Assembly: GCA_038207335.1 (NCBI GenBank)
Contig: JBBQZX010000024.1
Span: forward strand, 27,313 to 91,312
Source of the DNA: Chthoniobacterales bacterium
GTDB lineage: Bacteria > Verrucomicrobiota > Verrucomicrobiia > Chthoniobacterales > Chthoniobacteraceae
DNA: 64,000 bases
Reading direction: 5' to 3'
The notes under the pieces are model-generated. The model was not told where the DNA came from. It was given only the letters and a program-made list of their open reading frames with translations, and searched no databases. The position numbers and the translations under genes are program-made. Shown here piece after piece: positions 56,399-64,000 of the stretch (its first letter is position 1; each line of letters begins with the position of its first letter).

Positions 56399-59300
56399 TC
56401 AGACCGAGTAGCGGCGCATCCGCCGGAGGCCGAGCAGCGTGGCGCATCCGCCGAGGAGCGCGACGAAAGCGCCGGGCTCGGGGACAACGACGAGATTGAC
56501 CTGACTCGGGATGCTGGTCGCGTCGACGTACGAGTTGGGGTGCGCGGCGAGGAATGCGGGCTGGAGGTTGAGGACGTTGTTGGTAAGCGTGGTATAGTTG
56601 AAAAGGCGATACGTCCCGTTGCCGAAGCCGCCGAGTTCGGCGACTTGCAGCGTGCCGTCGAGTGTCAGATTTCCGCCGACGCTGATCAGGTCGTTGACTC
56701 CACTGCCGACCACTCCGGGTTGTGCGAGTTCGAATTTCAGCGTGGACAATGAATCGAGCGAAAACGCGCCTGTGGTCAGTGTTCCGGCGCTCGCGCCGGG
56801 TGCCACGGTGCCCCCGCTGATCGCGACCGCACCGACCGAGCCCGTGCCGCCGAGAGTGCCAGCAGCACTCACGTTGACTCCGCCGCTAAATGGCGCATTC
56901 ACAATGAGCTTGCCACCATCGACGAACGCGGTGGCCGTCGTCGCGCTCGTGCCGGTGAGTGTGAGCGAGCCCGCGCCACTTTTCGCTAGGACCGTCGTTC
57001 CGGAAATTGCACCGCCAAAGGTCGTATCGCCGGCTTGAGTCACGCTCAACGCCCCGCCTCCCAGGATCGTTCCGGACGTACCTTTCAGCCCGGCGACGAA
57101 TTGAAAGCTCGTGTTTACGTCGAGCGTGCCTCCGTTCAGATCGACCGTTGTATTGGGCGACAGAATGCCGCCTGCTTCCAGACGTAGGATGCCGCTCGTG
57201 ATCCGCGTATCGCCGCTCCAATCGTTTGCGGCGCTTTGCAATGTGACGACCCCAACGTTTGTGCCAGTGCTCAAGACCTCGAATCCGGTCCCGCTGATTT
57301 TTCCCGCCAACGTGACGCCAACGCCGCCGGTAATCGTCCCGATGCGGTTGCTAGTTCCCGCGCCGGCGAGGAGGACCGGTCCAGTCCATGTCGAGGTGAC
57401 GTTGTTGGATGCGACGAGGCCACCGTTGATCTGGAGTGGCTTGGAATTTGTGATCCCTGAAAATGTGGCGACCAGACCGCCCGGGTTGACGATGAGGCTG
57501 AAGGAATCGCTTCCAAGGTTGCTTGAACTCTGCACGCCGAATGTGCCCGCATTAACGACGATGTTGCCGACGGTCGCACCCGCATTTGGCGCCCACCAAA
57601 CCTCGCCGGTGCCCACCTTGGTGAGAGTGAAAGTTCCCGCGTTGATGGTGGTCCCTCCCGTGCCGCCGTTGAGATCGTAACGCGAGTTGTTGCCGATCGT
57701 GGCGTCGCCCGTGAGGGTGAGCGTGCTGTAGATCGGATTGTTGACGACACCCGTGCCACTGCTCCAGAGCGCGGCCAGGCCGGGGACTCCGCTGCCGCTG
57801 ATGGAAATGTTGTAGCGGTTCGCGCCGGGCACCGTGCTGTTCACGTCGAGAGTCGCGCCGGATGCGACGGTGACGATGCTCCCGTTGGCTCCGAGCGCGC
57901 TGTCGTTGCCAACGAGCACGGTCCCGCCGTTGACGGCAACGCCGCCGAAATGGGTATTCGCACCGCTGATCGTGAGTGTGTTGCTGCCATCTTGCGTGAT
58001 CGAGCCAGCGCCTGAAATCTGCCGACTCAGGGTGAGAGCGTCGGAGCGCTTGAATGAAAGGATGCCGTCGTTGGCGATCGCGCCGGTGCCGCCGAGTGTC
58101 CCGGTCGTGCCACCGGTGCCGACCTGCACTTTGCCGCCGGTGATCGTTGTCGTTCCGGCGTAAGCATTCGTCGTGTCGAGGACCAGCGTGCCCGTGCCCG
58201 ACTTCGTGAGACTTCCCGAGGCGATCCCGCCCGCGCCGGTGAAAGTGTAGTTTTGCGCCGCATTCACGGTCGTCGATCCCGGGGAGACGGTGCCTGCGAG
58301 AGTCACGGTTCCGCCGACGCCGGTGTCGTCGAAAGTCACGGTGTCAAAATTGTAGAACTTCTGATCGTTCGCAGTCGCCAACTTCCAGTTCGAGGTCGTC
58401 GCCGCATCCCACGCGTTGGCGTTGAGCCCGCCAGACCATGTGATCGTCAGTGATCCGGTGCCTCCGACGGTGAGTTGCAGGTTATTGCTCGTGGCGGAGA
58501 GCGTGTAGGTTCTCCGCGTTACCGGCGAAGTCACGGTGGGCAGCGCATTTTGCGTAATCCCTCCCGTGGAGGTGAGAATCGTGTAGGTGCCATTCGTCTG
58601 CGCAGCATTTCCGACAGGCGAGATCGTGCCGCCATTGAGAATAACGGTGCCGTTCACCGCGATGAGGTCGTTGATGCCGCCGCCTGTGGTGACATCCGTC
58701 GGGTTCAGGTCGAACCGCGCGTCGCCGTTGAAAGTCAAACCCGCGAGCGTGACTGTGCCGAACGTGCCGTCCGCGGAACTCGCTCCCGGGCGGATGCCGC
58801 CGCCCGCTGCGACCGTCACATTTCCCACGAGGCCGGTGGCGAGGCCGTCGCCCGCTCCGCTGAGGACACCGCCGCTATTCACGGCGACCGTGCCTGCCGT
58901 CGGCAACGACCCGGTGACGGACAGTGTCCCGCCATTGATCGAAGTCGTGCCAGTGTACGTATTCACCGCGCGTAGCAGCAGCGTGCCGGGTCCTGCTTTT
59001 TTCAAGCTGCCGTTGCCCGAGAGCACGCCGGTGGTGGTGATGACATTGGCCGCGGCCGCGCTGTCGAAAGTGATGCCGCCATTGGTATCGGAAAGGATTG
59101 CATTTACCGAGTGGAGGAAGTTGCCGGACGCTTGGAGAGTGCCGCCGGTGTAGTTCACCTCGTAGGTCGCGGGCACGGTCGTCGGGTTGTTTGTCGCGAT
59201 CGCGCTGCCGGTATTCAGCGGGTCCACGTCATTGCCAGCACCAGCGCCGCCGATGCGGAGCGTGCCGCCATTGATCGTGAGGCGATCGGTGCCGGCAGTC

Positions 59301-60397
59301 GCTCCGCGGTTATCGAGCACCAGAGCTTTCGCACTGATTACCCCGTTGTTCACGATGAGTTCCCCCGTCGAGTCGATCCCAAGATAGATGACCCCGTTCT
59401 GTTCGCCCGTCCCCTGCGGACTCCCCGTGAAGGTCCCGCTCAGGTTCAGCGTCCCGCCATTCATCGTGTAGGTGTTGGGCGTCGTCGTATTCGCCGTGCC
59501 TGTGACAGGGTCAGCTTGCGGCCAGTGTCCGATGCGCATCTGCCCGTTCACATCCACGGTGCCACCATTCTGGATCCCCTGCCCCGTCTTTCCGCTCTGC
59601 TCACCGAGGAAGAAATTGCCCACCTGAATGTCCGCTCCATTCGCCACGATCAGGCGTCCGAAATTCCCAATCCGCCCAACACTGATTGAATTCTGGCGGA
59701 TAATCCCCGAAATGCTCGCGCCCGTGCTGACATCGCCCACGACACCCGCGTCGATTGTGAGCTGGCCGCTGCCGGTGTTATTGGTCGGGTTCGTGATCGT
59801 GTAGGGCACGGCGTAGAAATCCGCGCGCCGGATGATGAAGCCTCCGAGAGTGCCATTCCCACCTCCAGTCGAGTTCACCACCTGTGTTGTCGCGAGCGAT
59901 CCCGCGGGACCGAGGATCAGCGCGCCCGCGCTCACGGTGGTCGTGCCGGTGTAGGTGTTCACCGCGTTGAGGAAAGCTGTCCCTGCCCCGACTTTCGTGA
60001 GCCCGGCGGTGCCCGCGATGATCGCGTTGATCGTCGCGGTGCGGTTCACGACATCCAGCGTCGGCACGCCAGTGGTTACCGCAAGCGTCAAAGTATTCGC
60101 CGCATTCTGCGGAGTCAGAAACCAGTCGCTCGACTGCGTCGTCGCATCGCCGAAGCGCAGCGTGCCGACGGTGTAATTTCCATCCAGCGTGATCGTCCGG
60201 TTTGCCGTGATGTCGATCGTGCTGGCATCCGCCACCGCGTCCACGGCGTTCGGCACTCCGCCCGTCCATTTCGCCGCGTCACTCCAGAGCCCATCGAAAT
60301 CTCCATTCCAAGTGGCTCCATGACTGGCGGCCTGCTGGGTGAGAATGGCGGCGATCGACGCGACGAGGATGCGGCGGGAGGATGGGAGTTTTTGCAT
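56399..60397 (-). CDS. PEP-CTERM protein with autotransporter-associated beta-strand repeats
   Basis: Multiple LTK.G.GTL.L...NTYTGTTT repeats; C-terminal VVPEPG-TM-RRMRR; start MQKLPSS. Confidence 0.93.
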   Translation of the reverse strand: MQKLPSSRRILVASIAAILTQQAASHGATWNGDFDGLWSDAAKWTGGVPNAVDAVADASTIDITANRTITLDGNYTVGTLRFGDATTQSSDWFLTPQNAANTLTLAVTTGVPTLDVVNRTATINAIIAGTAGLTKVGAGTAFLNAVNTYTGTTTVSAGALILGPAGSLATTQVVNSTGGGNGTLGGFIIRRADFYAVPYTITNPTNNTGSGQLTIDAGVVGDVSTGASISGIIRQNSISVGRIGNFGRLIVANGADIQVGNFFLGEQSGKTGQGIQNGGTVDVNGQMRIGHWPQADPVTGTANTTTPNTYTMNGGTLNLSGTFTGSPQGTGEQNGVIYLGIDSTGELIVNNGVISAKALVLDNRGATAGTDRLTINGGTLRIGGAGAGNDVDPLNTGSAIATNNPTTVPATYEVNYTGGTLQASGNFLHSVNAILSDTNGGITFDSAAAANVITTTGVLSGNGSLKKAGPGTLLLRAVNTYTGTTSINGGTLSVTGSLPTAGTVAVNSGGVLSGAGDGLATGLVGNVTVAAGGGIRPGASSADGTFGTVTLAGLTFNGDARFDLNPTDVTTGGGINDLIAVNGTVILNGGTISPVGNAAQTNGTYTILTSTGGITQNALPTVTSPVTRRTYTLSATSNNLQLTVGGTGSLTITWSGGLNANAWDAATTSNWKLATANDQKFYNFDTVTFDDTGVGGTVTLAGTVSPGSTTVNAAQNYTFTGAGGIASGSLTKSGTGTLVLDTTNAYAGTTTITGGKVQVGTGGTTGTLGGTGAIANDGILSFKRSDALTLSRQISGAGSITQDGSNTLTISGANTHFGGVAVNGGTVLVGNDSALGANGSIVTVASGATLDVNSTVPGANRYNISISGSGVPGLAALWSSGTGVVNNPIYSTLTLTGDATIGNNSRYDLNGGTGGTTINAGTFTLTKVGTGEVWWAPNAGATVGNIVVNAGTFGVQSSSNLGSDSFSLIVNPGGLVATFSGITNSKPLQINGGLVASNNVTSTWTGPVLLAGAGTSNRIGTITGGVGVTLAGKISGTGFEVLSTGTNVGVVTLQSAANDWSGDTRITSGILRLEAGGILSPNTTVDLNGGTLDVNTSFQFVAGLKGTSGTILGGGALSVTQAGDTTFGGAISGTTVLAKSGAGSLTLTGTSATTATAFVDGGKLIVNAPFSGGVNVSAAGTLGGTGSVGAVAISGGTVAPGASAGTLTTGAFSLDSLSTLKFELAQPGVVGSGVNDLISVGGNLTLDGTLQVAELGGFGNGTYRLFNYTTLTNNVLNLQPAFLAAHPNSYVDATSIPSQVNLVVVPEPGAFVALLGGCATLLGLRRMRRYSV

Positions 60398-60579
60398 GGC
60401 TTTGATTGGTGGAGAGATCGTATCGAGTGTGCGGTTCGGGGAATGCCTCTTCCCCACATCGCCGCACACGCCGGCAGGCTCAGGGAGCGCACAGGATTGC
60501 AGTGTCGGAGATTCTGGGGATCGGAGAATGCGTGAAGCACCCGCCAAGGCGAAAAACTTCTCCCTCATTCATCCCCAAT

Positions 60580-60597
60580 TGCAACACGTTTGTAACA
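60580..60597. promoter_or_regulatory. Imperfect palindrome TGCAACACGTTTGTAACA (operator-like) upstream of the PEP-CTERM gene
   Basis: TGnnACA-N4-TGTnnCA symmetry in an AT-rich patch. Confidence 0.35.
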
Positions 60598-60602
60598 GCA
60601 TT

Positions 60603-62051
60603 TTAGTTTCGATTTCGCAATGTGACGACCTCCAGCGGCCGCACGGTGACTCCAGCTTTTCCTTCCTTCAAAGTCGCGATTTCGGGTTTGTCCACCGTGT
60701 CTGAGGCGGGCGTGCGCTGCACCTCGAAAGTCGTTCCGGGGGGCAGAGCGAGCGCGCTGAGGTCGAGCGTAGCCACGATGGTTTGCGCGGGCGTGTGGCC
60801 GCCTTGTTTGTCGTTCCACTCGTCATCACCCCAGCCCTGCACGCCGAGGAATGTGTCCGCCGTGTAGTTCACCAAACCGATGACCCAAGTGCCGTCGGGA
60901 TTATGCGCGGCAGCGGCGGTGAGGCGCGGTTTTTTGCCGTAGGTCCACGTCATCGCGGCTTCGCGGTCGCTGCGGCTTTCGTGGAAAATCGCACCGATAT
61001 CGAAGGCGCGCGCGAGCTGCTGGTAGGCGTAATACTTCTGAAAGATCACGGGCCGGAACGGCTCGGGGGTGTAGGCGACGATGCGCGTGGCGTTGTCTTT
61101 TGGGTCGCTCACCTCGAAGCCGAGAAAGTGAATCCAGTGCGTCACGCGGTGGTTCACGTCGTTCAAAAAGCGCGCGGCGAGGCTCGCCGCGCGGCGGGCG
61201 TCGCCGGGCTCTTCGGTCCCGTTGTCGCTGGCCTCGGTCATCCAGTAGTCCTTTAGATTTCCGCCGTCCGGCGCGGCGATGAGGCGCGCAGCTTGGTCCG
61301 TCGCGGCCATGTTGTAGGAGTGCGACGACACGCCCGCCAGCGCGCGCCACGCCGCCACGTCCTTTTTCAAAACCTCCACCTGCTTGTAATACCCGTCGTC
61401 GCAATTCGCCTGCTCCGGCGCGATGATCTTCACCGCTCCGAGCCCGCGCGCATCCAGCTCCGCGCGCAGCAGCCGCACCGATTCGGCCATCTGCTCCGGC
61501 GTGAAACGGTCGCTCACATTCGGCTCGTTCTGGATTCCCGTGACGTCGATCTGCACGCCGGTCTCCGCCTTGAGCTGCACGAGAAAATCCGCGAGCACCG
61601 CGACGTATCCCGCGAGTTCGGATTGCTTCAACCCACGTCCGCCGTCCGGCTGCGCCTCTTTCATGTAGGCCGCGAGCCCCTCCGGCGCGAGCAGCAGCGT
61701 CGTCACTCCGAGCCGCCGCGCATCGGCCACGATCCCCGACTCGATGTAGCACCGGCGGAAGACGCTCATGTCCCGCGCGCCGGGCGTCGGCGAGTATTCG
61801 TCGATATTCAGCCAGAGCCGGAGCGTCTTGAATTTCAACTCGCGCCACATCATCTCCGAGAGCTTCGCCCGATCCGCCGGCGCGAGCTTCTGATAATCCC
61901 CGTGCCAATTCCCGAGGCTCGTGCCAAACCCGCCAAACGTCTGCCTCTCCTCCGCCCCGACGGTGATCGTGATCACAGCATCATCCGCCGCTTGCAGCGC
62001 GGCAGGCAGCCAGCACGCGAGCATCACGACGAGGTGGAGGAAAAGTCTCAT
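60603..62051 (-). CDS. Secreted clan GH-A glycoside hydrolase (GH30-like)
   Basis: Signal peptide; RQTFGGFGTS, IQNEP (acid/base), YWMTEAS (nucleophile), AAAHNPDG. Confidence 0.75.
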   Translation of the reverse strand: MRLFLHLVVMLACWLPAALQAADDAVITITVGAEERQTFGGFGTSLGNWHGDYQKLAPADRAKLSEMMWRELKFKTLRLWLNIDEYSPTPGARDMSVFRRCYIESGIVADARRLGVTTLLLAPEGLAAYMKEAQPDGGRGLKQSELAGYVAVLADFLVQLKAETGVQIDVTGIQNEPNVSDRFTPEQMAESVRLLRAELDARGLGAVKIIAPEQANCDDGYYKQVEVLKKDVAAWRALAGVSSHSYNMAATDQAARLIAAPDGGNLKDYWMTEASDNGTEEPGDARRAASLAARFLNDVNHRVTHWIHFLGFEVSDPKDNATRIVAYTPEPFRPVIFQKYYAYQQLARAFDIGAIFHESRSDREAAMTWTYGKKPRLTAAAAHNPDGTWVIGLVNYTADTFLGVQGWGDDEWNDKQGGHTPAQTIVATLDLSALALPPGTTFEVQRTPASDTVDKPEIATLKEGKAGVTVRPLEVVTLRNRN

Positions 62052-62154
62052 GCGCCGCAACGTCGCGAAATCCCCGCGCCACCGCGACGCTTTTCGCCTC
62101 CGCCCGGACTCTTAGCTTGTGGAATCCCCCCCTGCCACCATCTTCCTCGCCTTC

Positions 62155-63195
62155 ATGCGCCTCCATCCCGCCATCCTTTTCGCATTCGCCACCCTCCTCA
62201 CCGCTGCCGCGCGCGCCGCACAGCCCGTCGAGGACGACGTCAAGCGCGGCACCTTCACCGTCTATTTCGAGAACGACCTCTTCGCCGGCACCGACCGCTA
62301 CTACACGAACGGCGTGAAGCTGAGCTGGACCTCCGCCGACCTCGAGAAATACGCCGACAGCCGCTACGCCAGCCCCCTCCTTCCCATTTTCAAGCTCATC
62401 CCCTTCATCAACAGCCCCGACTACCAGAAAAACCTCGCATTTTCCCTCGGCCAAAACATCTACACCCCCGACAACACCGAGACCAGCGAGCGGCTCGACA
62501 ACGACCGCCCCTACGCCGGCTGGCTCTACCTCGGCGTCGGCGTCGTCTGGAAAAACGCCGACGTCCGCAACACCCTCACACTGAATATCGGCGTCGTCGG
62601 CTCATGGTCCTACGCGCAGGAGGCCCAGCGCATCATCCACGAGGCGCGCGGCTTCGATGTCCCGCAGGGCTGGGACAACCAGCTCCACAACGAACTCGGC
62701 GTCGTCGGCGTCTATGAGCGCACATGGCGCTGGCCTCACCACGAAGAGCGCGCCGGCCTCAACTGGGAATTCCTCCCCCACGCCGGCGTCGCCCTCGGAA
62801 ACGTCGCCGTCTATGCGAACCTCGGCGGCGAACTCCGCGCAGGCTTCAACCTGCCCGACGACTTCGGCACCGCGGGCATCGCCCCATCCTCCACCACCTC
62901 CACCCCAGTCGAGCGCGGGCAGGCCGCGCCCCGCGCGAAATTCGACCTCGGCGCATACCTCTTCGCCCGCGCCGACGGACGCGCCGTCGCCCACAATATC
63001 TTCCTCGATGGCAACACCTTTGGCCACAGCGTCTCCGTCGATCACAAGCCCCTCGTCGCCGACCTCACCGCCGGCGTCTCGCTAAACTACCACAGCACCA
63101 AAATCACCTACGCGCTCACGTATCGGACAAAGGAGTTCGACGAACAGAAAGCCGCGCAGGTCTTCGGCTCCGTATCCCTGACCCTGGCATTTTAG
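62155..63195 (+). CDS. Lipid A deacylase LpxR-family outer membrane protein
   Basis: FENDLF, DRYYTNG, GQNIYTP, DRPYAGWLY, GWDNQL, NIFLDGN; C-terminal Phe. Confidence 0.88.
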   Translation: MRLHPAILFAFATLLTAAARAAQPVEDDVKRGTFTVYFENDLFAGTDRYYTNGVKLSWTSADLEKYADSRYASPLLPIFKLIPFINSPDYQKNLAFSLGQNIYTPDNTETSERLDNDRPYAGWLYLGVGVVWKNADVRNTLTLNIGVVGSWSYAQEAQRIIHEARGFDVPQGWDNQLHNELGVVGVYERTWRWPHHEERAGLNWEFLPHAGVALGNVAVYANLGGELRAGFNLPDDFGTAGIAPSSTTSTPVERGQAAPRAKFDLGAYLFARADGRAVAHNIFLDGNTFGHSVSVDHKPLVADLTAGVSLNYHSTKITYALTYRTKEFDEQKAAQVFGSVSLTLAF

Positions 63196-63272
63196 CGGCT
63201 GCGCGAAAAATCGCGAGCCACCCAGCCACAGGCGCATTTCCCTGCCGCCGCCACGTTAGACAGCTTTCGCAA

Positions 63273-63480
63273 CTCCATTTCCGCGCGTGGACTCGCACCT
63301 TCCGGAGCTGTACACTCCATTTCCACGCACGGAACCGCACCCTCCAGCTCTGGGGACTCCATTTCCGCGCACGGAATCGTACCCTCCAGCTCTGCAAACA
63401 CCTCCCCCGCGCCCGGGATCGCACCTTCCAGAGATCGAATGTCCGACCCGCCAGCCGGAAACAGTGTTTCCAGCCCTCGC
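63273..63480. repeat. Degenerate 42-bp tandem repeat (~5 units)
   Basis: CTCCATTTCC at 63273, 63315 and 63357; further decayed units at ~63399 and ~63441. Confidence 0.85.
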
Positions 63481-63527
63481 CCAGCCGCATCCTCGCAGTC
63501 CCCTACTCCCCCTTTCGCCTACTTCAT

Positions 63528-63869
63528 GTTAGGCGTTTCTGCGTGCATTCGGTATGACTGACCAAACCACCAGCGCGAACGATACTAAACGGCGGGCGCC
63601 TGTTTTCCTGATCGTGTCGGTGTCGATTCCTCTCTGCTGCAGCCTTCTGCTTTTCCTGCTCCCGCGCGGAGGCGGCGCATTATTTTTCGGCTGCATGGCA
63701 TTGACGCTTGGAATTCCCATATCCGTTGTCGCTGGTCGCATTGGACTTGACGACGGGGAGCGGCCGCGATGGTTTTTCCTCGTGACCATCGCTGCGTGCG
63801 CCATGGTCTTCTACGCCTACACTTTTGTCGATGATTGACGGTTTTCGCGATATGACCGCAGCGCCTAAC
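63528..63869 (+). mobile_element. Lone integron gene-cassette-like unit (attC apparently truncated)
   Basis: Core-site GTTAGGC (63528-63534) and exactly complementary inverse core GCCTAAC (63863-63869) bracket a single short ORF. Confidence 0.45.
63554..63838 (+). CDS. Small hypothetical membrane protein (3 TM)
   Basis: 94 aa, hydrophobic; T-richer composition than flanks. Confidence 0.6.
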   Translation: MTDQTTSANDTKRRAPVFLIVSVSIPLCCSLLLFLLPRGGGALFFGCMALTLGIPISVVAGRIGLDDGERPRWFFLVTIAACAMVFYAYTFVDD

Positions 63870-64000
63870 TGTTGCGCCTCGACAGGTTGTGCGCAGTGAT
63901 GGGGAGTCTGGAGGATGGGGCGAGGGAGTGCAAGGCGGAGTGGGGGCGGTGGAAGTTGTAGTCGTGGAGGTAGTGAGGGAGGAAGGTGGCGCGGTGGTCG

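Noticed and set aside
63255..63261. Second GTTRRRY site (GTTAGAC) as part of a cassette array
   Set aside because: No complementary inverse core and no cassette-like ORF follows; likely chance
63273..63480. CRISPR array
   Set aside because: Units are contiguous degenerate 42-mers without unique spacers; no cas genes in the window

Overview
High-GC bacterial chromosomal segment, most likely Verrucomicrobia (Chthoniobacterales-like). This assignment is inferred from a PEP-CTERM autotransporter-repeat protein, an LEPR-XLL-type protein, a prepilin/H-X9-DG protein and a PQQ-like propeller. Most of the window is housekeeping genes (xylA, desaturase, DEAD-box helicase, queG, aroK, purEK, sua5, murJ, acpS, pdxJ, purH, nuoA, ruvA, asd, bioB, a peptide ABC transporter, dapF), interspersed with three giant surface proteins. 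I found no rRNA, tRNA, CRISPR array, transposase, integrase or reverse transcriptase. The strongest candidates for something new are: (1) a 40-aa lipoprotein missing from the ORF track, ending in ...GYHK and encoded right behind an L,D-transpeptidase, a possible miniature Braun's-lipoprotein-like envelope tether; (2) a giant FG-GAP/DUF11 protein with C-terminal (L/I)(I/V)AAGAGN octapeptide repeats, followed by a multiply deleted paralogous copy; (3) a short terminator-ended sRNA candidate upstream of purH; (4) a lone integron-cassette-like gene bounded by GTTAGGC...GCCTAAC; (5) a divergent CHASE2 adenylate cyclase / FecR / outer-membrane barrel module; (6) a flavin-dependent halogenase gene in a same-strand run with PEP-CTERM and GH30-like genes; (7) sharp local G/C-skew flips and several small intergenic repeat families. 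All family calls come from motif recognition by eye; no database searches were run.
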